IMG/VR virus record: IMGVR_UViG_3300031519_000114
Span: 1-33,265 of that record
From: a virus
Taxonomy: Duplodnaviria > Caudoviricetes
Direction: 5' to 3' (one strand)
Length of the DNA: 33,265 nt
Position 1 is the stretch's first letter. Each line of letters starts with the position of its first letter. The position numbers were made by a program, and so were the translations under genes. The notes beneath the pieces were generated by a model that searched no databases, was not told where the DNA came from, and worked only from the letters and a program-made list of their open reading frames with translations. Positions 8,845 to 16,430 of the stretch are shown here, one piece after another.

Positions 8845-9245
8845 CAGATTTTGCAGTTACATTACAAACAGCAGTATATAATGCTTTATTAGCAAGTAGT
8901 CCTCTTACCACAAAGTTAGGAGGAAATAGTATTTACGATTTTGTTCCAGAGGGAACAGCATTCCCATATGTCAAGGTAGGCGATCAGACTATGGTAGATG
9001 ATGGAACCAAAGACAAAAAAGGGAGTGATTTTACCCTTATTGTTCATGCTTTCTCAAGATATAGAGGAAGTAAGGAAATAAAAGAAATTATGTCATTAGT
9101 CTATGATGTATTACACGAATCAAGTTTATCAGTATCAGGTGCGTTCAATAATATGAGATTTGAGTTCTCTGATATAATAAAAGAAAATGATGGACTTACA
9201 ACACATGGAATGCAAAGATTTAGAGTTTTTGTATTGACAAATTAA
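8841..9245 (+). CDS. Tail terminator (DUF3168-like)
   Basis: LQTAVYNAL, IYDFVP...FPYVKVGD and THGMQRFR; precedes the tail tube gene. Confidence 0.88.
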   Translation: MTDFAVTLQTAVYNALLASSPLTTKLGGNSIYDFVPEGTAFPYVKVGDQTMVDDGTKDKKGSDFTLIVHAFSRYRGSKEIKEIMSLVYDVLHESSLSVSGAFNNMRFEFSDIIKENDGLTTHGMQRFRVFVLTN

Positions 9246-9282
9246 AAAATAATTAATAAAAAAATAAACAAGGAGAAAAAAC

Positions 9283-9714
9283 ATGGCAGCACAAAAAGGT
9301 TCGGCATTTTTATTGAAAGAAAATAGTTCTGGAACAGCAATAGTTATTGGTGGAATGAGAAGTACATCAATGTCTATTAACGGAGAAACAGTTGACATAA
9401 CAGCAAAAGATTCAGCAGCATTTGATGGTGCTTCAGGAAATGATATAGGTAGAGCATTAGGAGCAAATATGGGCATTAGAAGTATGTCTTTATCTGCAAG
9501 TGGAGTATTTACAGATTCTGCTGGAGAAAATAATATAAGAGGTGCGGCATTTACTGGAGATTCATTAAATTACGATTTAGTTTTTGGAGATGGATCAACT
9601 GTAAAAGGTGCTTTTATAATTACATCTTATGAAAGAGCAGGAGAGTATAATGGAGAAGAAACTTTTTCAGTATCTCTTGAATCAAATGGTACAATGACTT
9701 ACACAGATGCGTAA
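9283..9714 (+). CDS. Major tail (tube) protein, TP901-1/GTA-like
   Basis: MAAQKGSAFLLK, INGETVDITAKDS, SASGVF and GEYNGEETFSVSLESNG; AAGGAG RBS. Confidence 0.93.
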   Translation: MAAQKGSAFLLKENSSGTAIVIGGMRSTSMSINGETVDITAKDSAAFDGASGNDIGRALGANMGIRSMSLSASGVFTDSAGENNIRGAAFTGDSLNYDLVFGDGSTVKGAFIITSYERAGEYNGEETFSVSLESNGTMTYTDA

Positions 9715-9734
9715 TAACTAATAAGGAAAATGAT

Positions 9735-10085
9735 ATGGAACATACAAATGGGTTTAAAGTGATAGAAATAAAATTTCAAGGCGAGTCCTATAATGGTTTC
9801 TACAAGGTTACAAGAAAGGGAGTAGTTACTGTCGAAACAAGAAGTGATATTCCTGTTAAACCCTATGACCATATCACTATTGGTGTTACTGAAATGATTG
9901 TTCAAAAGGTTGAAGTTTATTCTACAAGAGCAGAAATTACTTGCGAAAATAAAGATACAAGTGATATAGTTAAATCAAATAAGACTTTGAAAAAACTAAA
10001 AAAATCTGAACCAAAAGAAAAAACATTAACTGAAGAATTAACTGAACAATTAATAGGAAAGGACACTAATGGCGAATCAGTATAA
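9735..10085 (+). CDS. Hypothetical protein (116 aa) between tail tube and chaperone
   Basis: AAGGA RBS, operon orientation; beta-rich N-terminus and charged C-terminus. Confidence 0.7.
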   Translation: MEHTNGFKVIEIKFQGESYNGFYKVTRKGVVTVETRSDIPVKPYDHITIGVTEMIVQKVEVYSTRAEITCENKDTSDIVKSNKTLKKLKKSEPKEKTLTEELTEQLIGKDTNGESV

Positions 10086-10446
10086 AGGCGAAGTCAAGGG
10101 TAAGCTGGGAGATAAAGAAAGAACTTTCAGACTTACCTTTGACAGTATAGTTAATATAGAAAACAGAACTGGTAAATCAATTTTAGAGATTACCAATAAC
10201 ATGGCTCAAAATAAATACTCTTTACAAGATGTGGTTATTGTTATGCACGAAGGACTTCAAGGTGCTGGTGGTAAATTTATTCAATCAGCAGTTGGTGATA
10301 TGGTTATTCAAACAGGATTACTAAAAATTGCAATACTATGTTCAGAAGTTTTAATGACAATATTTACAGGCGATAAAGCAGAAGAAGATTCCCCTTTAGT
10401 ACAGGGGGAGAACGAGCCGAAAAATACCCAATCCAGCAATATCTAG
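10069..10446 (+). CDS. Tail assembly chaperone (gpG equivalent, GTA gp10-like)
   Basis: MANQYKGEV...RTFRLTFDSIVNIE; position before the tape measure gene; contains the slippery site. Confidence 0.88.
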   Translation: MANQYKGEVKGKLGDKERTFRLTFDSIVNIENRTGKSILEITNNMAQNKYSLQDVVIVMHEGLQGAGGKFIQSAVGDMVIQTGLLKIAILCSEVLMTIFTGDKAEEDSPLVQGENEPKNTQSSNI

Positions 10447-10478
10447 AAATAGGTCTTGGTGTATTAAAATTCTCCCCT
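10392..10478 (+). promoter_or_regulatory. Programmed -1 ribosomal frameshift signal
   Basis: C CCT TTA heptamer (10392-10398) in XXXYYYZ phase, 5-nt spacer, then GGGGGAGAA (10404-10412) complementary to TTCTCCCCT (10470-10478). Confidence 0.85.
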
Positions 10479-10616
10479 AAAGTATTTTGGGATTTATCAA
10501 TAACAGAATTTATGTCAGCTTTGAATGGTTATCATTTAAAGAATGGCAAAAGTAAAACTAATAATCCATTAGGTAAAAACGAAATGGAAAATTTAATGAG
10601 ACAATTCCCAGATTAA
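10398..10616 (+). CDS. Frameshifted C-terminal part of tail chaperone (gpT equivalent); predicted fusion of 182 aa
   Basis: The -1 frame is open 10377-10616 with no suitable own start: ...QYLEIGLGVLKFSPKVFWDLSITEF...EMENLMRQFPD, matching the GTA-type second chaperone pattern (FW.L..E, terminal FPD). Confidence 0.85.
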   Translation, partial: STGGERAEKYPIQQYLEIGLGVLKFSPKVFWDLSITEFMSALNGYHLKNGKSKTNNPLGKNEMENLMRQFPD

Positions 10617-10620
10617 TATT

Positions 10621-12633
10621 ATGGCATCAAATTTAGCAACTATCAGAGTAGAACTTATAGCAAATGCACAGAAGTTTAAAACTTCTTTGGACAAAGCATC
10701 TACAAGTTTAAAAAAAGTAGATAAATCTACTATTAAGACTGGTAAGGGTGCGTCTAAATTACAAGCTAAAATGAGAGATGTTGCAGGTTCTATTGCTGCA
10801 GTACAGGGTCCATTAGGTCCAGTAGCAGGTCGTTTAAATGCTATTGGTGCAATAATGGGTAGAGTTAGTCTAAAAGGACTGGCTATGACAGGTGCATTCG
10901 TTGCGGCAGGTTTTGCACTTACTAAATTAATTAAGAATGTTACTGCTGTTCAAACGCAGATGCTTAAATTAGAAGGAATTTTAAAAGCAACAGGTGGTGC
11001 AGCAGGATTAAGTTTATCTGAAATAGAAAATTTATCTACAGAAATAGGTATTGCAACTTTAGCATCAACTTCAAAAGTTAGAGATGCTGCAGGTATAATG
11101 TTAACCTTTAAATCTATAACTGGAGATGCTTTTAAAGACGCATTAAGATTAGCACAAGATTTAGCAGAAGTAGGTTTTGGAGATTTAAAAATGGGTGCTA
11201 CTCAATTAGGTAAAGCACTTGAAGATCCAATCGTTGGTTTAGGTGCATTAAGACGAGTAGGTGTTTCATTTACAGATGCACAAAAAGAAATGATTAAAGT
11301 GCTTACTATGACTGGTAGAAAAGCAGAAGCACAAAGAATTATTTTAGATGCGTTAGATCAACAAGTAGGTGGTGCTGGTGTTAAAGCTGCAACTGGTTTA
11401 GCTGGTGCAATAGATTCATTAAGAGAAAAACTTGATATATTTTTTGAAAGAAGCAAACTTGGTGTTGCAATAGTTAATGGCTTAACAAAATCTATTAACT
11501 TTTTAGCAGACGCATTTGGAAATGTTGATATAGAAGCAAAAAAATTAACAACTCTTAAACAAGTTACTGATGAAATTAAAGAGATGAAAGCCGAAATGGC
11601 AACTCTTGATAATGAAGATGCAATAGGTGCTGAATTTAATGAAAATGATCTTGGTACAAAAGATCAACAAAGATATGCTGAATTACAAAAATTAATTGAA
11701 GAACATAAAAAACAATTAGACAATTTAATTGATAAAGAAAATAGAGATGCAAATAGACGATCTGCAATAACTTCTAAAAAAGTTAAAGAAGAACATATGT
11801 TGCAGAAAGTAAGAGAAACTTCAGAAAAGAAAGCAATAAGAGAACATAATAGAGCAATTCAAGCATTTGGTAAAACTCAAGATGAATTAAAAGTTTTAAA
11901 TGAAATGTATGCAATACAAGATGAATTAAGAAAAAAAATTGGTAGTGATGGTGCAGAAGCAGAAGCAGCAGTTCAAGAACAAGTTTTAAAATCAATAGAA
12001 GGTATTGTTGCTAGAAATGAAGAATTTAAAAAGTTTAATGATTTACAAAGAGATTTAGATGCAATAGCAACTGGTGTTGGAAGTACATTTTCAAGTGTTG
12101 GAGATAAAATATCTGATGCTATGTTTAGAGGTAAATTACACACATTAGATTTTAAAGAAGTTCTTGGAGATATGGTATTAGCATTACAAAAAATGATATT
12201 TAAGGTTTTAGTCCTTGATGAAATACAAAGAAAAATGGAAGAAAGAATTAAAAAATCTAGTGGAATTGGTTTTTCAGATATATTAAAAGTATTTACAGGT
12301 GGAAGTAAGGGAACTAATACAGGTGCTCATGCAGGAGCAGCAGGTGGTGGAACAGTACAGCAAGGATCACCAACTTTAGTTGGAGAAAGAGGTCCAGAGT
12401 TATTTGTACCTAATGGTGCAGGTAAAATTGTTAATGGTGCAGATACAAAATCTTCTATGAGTGGTGGTGGTGGAGTTAGTGTAGTACAAAATTTAAACTT
12501 TGCTGTTGGTATAACCAATACTGTAAGAGCAGAAGTTATGAATATGTTACCATCAATACAACAATCAACAATATCAGCAGTTGCAGACGCAAAGCAACGA
12601 GGTGGTAAATTTAGTAAGGCATTTGGAGCATAA
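10621..12633 (+). CDS. Tail tape measure protein (670 aa)
   Basis: Ala/Gly/Leu-rich helical protein; QLGKALEDP; C-terminal AGGG...VGERGPELFVP; follows the chaperones. Confidence 0.95.
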   Translation: MASNLATIRVELIANAQKFKTSLDKASTSLKKVDKSTIKTGKGASKLQAKMRDVAGSIAAVQGPLGPVAGRLNAIGAIMGRVSLKGLAMTGAFVAAGFALTKLIKNVTAVQTQMLKLEGILKATGGAAGLSLSEIENLSTEIGIATLASTSKVRDAAGIMLTFKSITGDAFKDALRLAQDLAEVGFGDLKMGATQLGKALEDPIVGLGALRRVGVSFTDAQKEMIKVLTMTGRKAEAQRIILDALDQQVGGAGVKAATGLAGAIDSLREKLDIFFERSKLGVAIVNGLTKSINFLADAFGNVDIEAKKLTTLKQVTDEIKEMKAEMATLDNEDAIGAEFNENDLGTKDQQRYAELQKLIEEHKKQLDNLIDKENRDANRRSAITSKKVKEEHMLQKVRETSEKKAIREHNRAIQAFGKTQDELKVLNEMYAIQDELRKKIGSDGAEAEAAVQEQVLKSIEGIVARNEEFKKFNDLQRDLDAIATGVGSTFSSVGDKISDAMFRGKLHTLDFKEVLGDMVLALQKMIFKVLVLDEIQRKMEERIKKSSGIGFSDILKVFTGGSKGTNTGAHAGAAGGGTVQQGSPTLVGERGPELFVPNGAGKIVNGADTKSSMSGGGGVSVVQNLNFAVGITNTVRAEVMNMLPSIQQSTISAVADAKQRGGKFSKAFGA

Positions 12634-12635
12634 TC

Positions 12636-13262
12636 ATGGCAGCATATACACCTAGTTACCCTTTAACACTTCCTACTGTTACAGGAATTAAAACACAAAA
12701 TTTTGGATTAACAAGAACTATTTCTGTATCACAATCTCCTTTTACAAAACAAGAACAAGTTTATCAACATGAGGGTGAACAATGGAAAGCTACTTTTACA
12801 TTACCACCTATGAAGAAAGATAGTGCTTCTATATGGTTGGCTTTTCTTATGTCTTTAAGAGGTCGTAGAGGAACTTTTAAAATGGGAGATCAAGATAGAA
12901 AAACTATTCAAGGAACAGCAACAGGAACAGTTTTAGTTAATGGTGCAGCACAAACTGGTAATGCTATTAATTTAGATGGCTTTACTGCAAGTAGAGCAAA
13001 TGTTTTTTTAGCTGGAGATTATATTCAAATAAATAGTTATCTTTATATGGTAACTGCTAATGTAACTGCAAATGGAAGTGGAGAAGCAACTGTTTATGTT
13101 GAGCCATCTTTAAGAACAGGTATTGAAGCTATTAATGATAATACAACAGTAATTTATTCAAATACAACAACAGTAATGAGATTAGATACTAATTTTACAA
13201 ATTGGGATAGTAACCATGTAAGTGTTTATGGAATATCTTTTGCTTGTAGTGAGGCTTTATAA
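12636..13262 (+). CDS. Distal tail (Dit-like) protein
   Basis: Directly after the tape measure; SPFT..EQ, WKATFTLPPM and AFLMSLRGR pattern. Confidence 0.75.
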   Translation: MAAYTPSYPLTLPTVTGIKTQNFGLTRTISVSQSPFTKQEQVYQHEGEQWKATFTLPPMKKDSASIWLAFLMSLRGRRGTFKMGDQDRKTIQGTATGTVLVNGAAQTGNAINLDGFTASRANVFLAGDYIQINSYLYMVTANVTANGSGEATVYVEPSLRTGIEAINDNTTVIYSNTTTVMRLDTNFTNWDSNHVSVYGISFACSEAL

Positions 13263-13600
13263 TGAACATATTAGATTTATTAAAAAAAAATTTTGTTTTA
13301 GTACCAGTTATAGCATCAGTTCTTTTTGGAACTTTTACTGGTATAAAATATATAGTTAATCTTACAGATACTATAAATGCTAATCAACTAGAAATAGTAA
13401 AAATACAAGAAGTTAAAATAAAAGATTTGCGTAGAGATTTAGCTCACGAGCAAGAGAAAATGGCAGATGTAAAAACTAGACTTGCATCAGCAGAAGCTAC
13501 ATGGCAGATGGCAGAGAACCTCTACAATGTCCTTGCCAATACGGTACGGGAACAGGGCTATGATATTAAAGATGTAGCTAGAGATTTATTAAACAATTAA
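13262..13600 (+). CDS. Membrane-anchored coiled-coil protein (112 aa)
   Basis: N-terminal TM (FVLVPVIASVLFGTFTGI) followed by a heptad-like helical region. Confidence 0.75.
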   Translation: MNILDLLKKNFVLVPVIASVLFGTFTGIKYIVNLTDTINANQLEIVKIQEVKIKDLRRDLAHEQEKMADVKTRLASAEATWQMAENLYNVLANTVREQGYDIKDVARDLLNN

Positions 13601-13621
13601 AAAATTAAGGATTTATGGTAG

Positions 13622-14203
13622 ATGATAATGGATTACAGATTTACAGCAATATTAATATTATCTATGTGCCTAATGGTTTTTTTTATTAAACCTGCTTATC
13701 CTAGAAATGAATATCTTCAAAATGATGGAGGACAATGTGTCTATGGAAGCATAGAAGCATCTATTAACAAAATCGAAACCGAACATGATTATCGTATTCC
13801 AAGTACCAGTGATTATGATAATGATAGACACGAACTAAGGTTTTCATTTAGAAAAAATTTAGGTCTATCTAAAAAAAATTGTGATACACAAAATAGAATG
13901 AGAACAGAAAATCTTATATTAAAACAACAATTGGAATTATTAAAACATTGTAATAAAGTTAATGCTAATCCTAGTTATCTATATAATGAAAACTTTAAAT
14001 CATTGGCTTTAAAGTGTAAGGGTATAGTATCAGTTAATGAAGAAGTTCTTAATAAGAAAGAAGAAGGAAATCATTGGGATAATTTAAAAAAAGAATATAT
14101 GGAAAAAAATCCAGATGATTATATGGGAGAAGATTCTACAAAGAAAAAATTAAAAATACCTAAATACTTAACAGAAGAATTACCAGTACCTACAAATGAG
14201 TAG
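13622..14203 (+). CDS. Putative exported protein (193 aa, four Cys in the mature part)
   Basis: Signal-peptide-like N-terminus (RFTAILILSMCLMVFFIKPAYP). Confidence 0.7.
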   Translation: MIMDYRFTAILILSMCLMVFFIKPAYPRNEYLQNDGGQCVYGSIEASINKIETEHDYRIPSTSDYDNDRHELRFSFRKNLGLSKKNCDTQNRMRTENLILKQQLELLKHCNKVNANPSYLYNENFKSLALKCKGIVSVNEEVLNKKEEGNHWDNLKKEYMEKNPDDYMGEDSTKKKLKIPKYLTEELPVPTNE

Positions 14204-14321
14204 GTCTATATTAAAGATTATAGTTAAACTCCGCATGATGTACTGTGATATTAGAGGTCATCATGGCAAAAAGTGGAACTATGAACCATCAGAACATTAT
14301 ATGGGAAGAAAGAAAAAATGA
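14196..14321 (+). CDS. Small basic protein (41 aa, not in ORF track)
   Basis: MSRSILKIIVKLRMMYCDIRGHHGKKWNYEPSEHYMGRKKK; overlaps the upstream stop, and its TGA overlaps the next ATG. Confidence 0.65.
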   Translation: MSRSILKIIVKLRMMYCDIRGHHGKKWNYEPSEHYMGRKKK

Positions 14322-14464
14322 ATATAGATAAATGTAAAGAGTGTAATTGTAATTGTCATTGTAATGTTAAAGAACATTCTGATTTATATGGAGTTTGTCC
14401 TTGTGAAGATTGTAAGTGTGAGAATCCAAAAAATGAGGGCGAGGAGTGCCTATCATGTCAGTAA
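14318..14464 (+). CDS. Cys-rich metallothionein-like peptide (48 aa, 11 Cys, 2 His; not in ORF track)
   Basis: MNIDKCKECNCNCHCNVKEHSDLYGVCPCEDCKCENPKNEGEECLSCQ; ATGA coupling with the upstream ORF. Confidence 0.75.
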   Translation: MNIDKCKECNCNCHCNVKEHSDLYGVCPCEDCKCENPKNEGEECLSCQ

Positions 14465-14829
14465 AATTATCAGATAATACAGCAGTAAGTATGCCAATTA
14501 AAAATATGATTGGTATTGTTATAGCAGTAGCCATGGGAGTATTTGCTTATACAGAAGTGACAGCAAGACTAACAAGCCTTGAAACTTCAAGAGAATTATT
14601 TCAAGCAGACTTATTAAAGAAGTCAGAACAGCTTCCAACTGACCAAGAACAGTTTATGTTGATAGAAGATTTATATAAGTCAACAGAAAAGTTAGAGATA
14701 ACACAAGAACAAAATATGACCAACAAGGTTAATATACAATTCCTTAATAAGCAATTAGAAAAAGCATTAATTGATATAGAAAAATTAAAAGATAAAGTAA
14801 GACAGAATGGAAACGGTAATGAACACTAA
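14455..14829 (+). CDS. Membrane-anchored coiled-coil protein (~124 aa)
   Basis: GAGGAG at 14441-14446 favours ATG 14455 over GTG 14446; TM MIGIVIAVAMGVFAY followed by coiled coil. Confidence 0.8.
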   Translation: MSVKLSDNTAVSMPIKNMIGIVIAVAMGVFAYTEVTARLTSLETSRELFQADLLKKSEQLPTDQEQFMLIEDLYKSTEKLEITQEQNMTNKVNIQFLNKQLEKALIDIEKLKDKVRQNGNGNEH

Positions 14830-14968
14830 AGGTATAAAATTTTTAATATATTTAAAAAATAAAATATTAGAATTATTAGAAATGATATTTGTTACATGGC
14901 TATGGTTAATGATATTACCTATGGCTTTAATATGTTCTTTATTTGAAAAGAAAAAAAATGATAGATAA
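14819..14968 (+). CDS. Small membrane peptide (49 aa, not in ORF track)
   Basis: MNTKGIKFLIYLKNKILELLEMIFVTWLWLMILPMALICSLFEKKKNDR; overlaps both neighbours. Confidence 0.55.
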   Translation: MNTKGIKFLIYLKNKILELLEMIFVTWLWLMILPMALICSLFEKKKNDR

Positions 14969-15113
14969 ATTTTTATATGGGTTTTTTGCAGGTTTAGATA
15001 ATTTATGCGAAAAAGTATCAAATTATTTATATAAAATAAGTAGAGGTAAAAATGACAGGAAGATTAAACAAACAAATATTAGATCATCAAAAAAAAATAC
15101 AAAAAAGAAATAA
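14958..15113 (+). CDS. Small amphipathic/basic peptide (51 aa, not in ORF track)
   Basis: MIDKFLYGFFAGLDNLCEKVSNYLYKISRGK...; tiles the gap in operon orientation. Confidence 0.55.
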   Translation: MIDKFLYGFFAGLDNLCEKVSNYLYKISRGKNDRKIKQTNIRSSKKNTKKK

Positions 15114-15219
15114 ACAAATAAGTTTATCTAAAAATTTAAAAAAAGAAGTTAATATTGGTGCTAATGGAACTCAAAATTATATTATTAAAAAAGGTATTAA
15201 CAAAGGTAAGATGCTATGA
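15052..15219 (+). CDS. Small basic protein (55 aa, not in ORF track)
   Basis: GAGG RBS; MTGRLNKQILDHQKK...EVNIGANGTQNYIIKKGINKGKML; ATGA overlap with the next gene. Confidence 0.65.
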   Translation: MTGRLNKQILDHQKKIQKRNKQISLSKNLKKEVNIGANGTQNYIIKKGINKGKML

Positions 15220-15428
15220 TAGAAATAGTAGTAGCTTTGCTTATGATTGTTAATGGAGAGATTAAAGAACATAGAATACAAGAATCTATGTCACATTGTT
15301 TAAAGGCTAAAAGAATTGCAATGAGATCAGGTACAAGTCGTATAGATTATCAATGTATAAAATCTAAAGCAGAAACAGAAATTTATATGAATCAGAAATC
15401 AATTAAAAAAATAATTATTCAGGAATAA
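15216..15428 (+). CDS. Small protein with hydrophobic N-terminus and a Cys pair (70 aa)
   Basis: MIEIVVALLMIVNG...SMSHCLKAKR...YQC; translationally coupled. Confidence 0.75.
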   Translation: MIEIVVALLMIVNGEIKEHRIQESMSHCLKAKRIAMRSGTSRIDYQCIKSKAETEIYMNQKSIKKIIIQE

Positions 15429-15429
15429 A

Positions 15430-16008
15430 ATGGCAAGAGATATAACAAGTGCTTTCAATACAGCTATTAAGTCTTTATACGTTAAACCTATATTTGCTAT
15501 TGAATTAGATATAAGTGATGGAACATTAAGACTATGGGGAGGATATGGAGATTTAACCATGACTGCTGGTGGTTCTTCTAAAACTTTTACAGGAACAGGA
15601 GATTTGTTAGGATTTACTGGTGTTGAAGAAGCATCTACTTTGCAAATGTCAGGTATTACTGTATCTGTAAGTGGAATTAAATCTAGTGTTATATCAAGTA
15701 TATTAAGTGCACAATATACAAATAGAATTGGAACATTATATATGGGTTTGTTTGACACTTCAAATAATGTTATTTCTGATGTTTATACTTTATTTAGTGG
15801 AAAAATGGACGTAGCAAATATTCAAGAGGGTGCTGATACATCTATTGTTAGTCTTGCTATTGAAAGTAGAATGGTTCAATTTGATTTACCATTAAATAGA
15901 ATGTACACTTTAGAAGATCAACAAGTAGATTTTCCAAATGATGTTGGATTAGAATTTATACCAGATTTACAAGATAAAGAAATAGTTTGGGGAAAAGCCA
16001 CTAACTAA
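15430..16008 (+). CDS. Tail tip / baseplate hub-type protein (lambda gpL-like position)
   Basis: LRLWGGYGD, FTGTGDLL, LFSGKMD and YTLEDQQ..FPND.GLEF...DKEIVWG pattern; precedes the NlpC/P60-like and J-like genes. Confidence 0.75.
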   Translation: MARDITSAFNTAIKSLYVKPIFAIELDISDGTLRLWGGYGDLTMTAGGSSKTFTGTGDLLGFTGVEEASTLQMSGITVSVSGIKSSVISSILSAQYTNRIGTLYMGLFDTSNNVISDVYTLFSGKMDVANIQEGADTSIVSLAIESRMVQFDLPLNRMYTLEDQQVDFPNDVGLEFIPDLQDKEIVWGKATN

Positions 16009-16430
16009 TGCGTGTTGAAAATTGGGAATCTAAATTAGCATTAATTATAGAAGAAACTATTAATAAAAAAGAATTTAAGTTAGGAGTAAATGATTGTTTA
16101 ACTTTTCCAGTTAAATGTATTGAAACTATAACAGGAATAAAAGTATTTGATAAAAAATATAAATCTTTAAAAGAAGCAAAAAAACTTTTAAAAAAATTAA
16201 AATCTAAAGATATTTTAAGTGTTGCATTACAAAGTGCTAAAGAAAATAATTTTAAAGAAATAGATATTAGTAAAGCACAACGAGGAGATATTTTATATTA
16301 TAAAAGTGGTACAGCAGATTTTGAAGGAACTCTGGGAGTTTGTCTTGGAGATAAAGTTATGTTTAATTGGAGTCAAGGTATTAATTTAAGATTAAAAGAG
16401 GATTGCATTACTGCATGGAGAGTTGAATGA
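16008..16430 (+). CDS. NlpC/P60-like tail assembly protein (gpK-like position)
   Basis: FKLGVNDCLTF, AQRGDI, LGVCLG and terminal AWRV; no His at the expected catalytic position. Confidence 0.75.
   Translation: MRVENWESKLALIIEETINKKEFKLGVNDCLTFPVKCIETITGIKVFDKKYKSLKEAKKLLKKLKSKDILSVALQSAKENNFKEIDISKAQRGDILYYKSGTADFEGTLGVCLGDKVMFNWSQGINLRLKEDCITAWRVE

Noticed and set aside
9234-9262. TTGACA upstream of the tail tube gene as a sigma70 promoter
   Set aside because: The hexamer at 17-nt spacing is TAAAAA, lacking the conserved final T; not distinguishable from AT-rich background.
6833-12518. Alternative-frame or antisense ORFs 6833..7024, 7178..7414, 9135..9476, 9699..9905, 11783..11995 and 12327..12518
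   Set aside because: They overlap conserved structural genes and have the composition expected of off-frame translation.
14785-15758. Minus-strand ORFs 14785..15021 and 15399..15758
   Set aside because: The + strand is fully tiled by coupled ORFs; these are antisense shadows.
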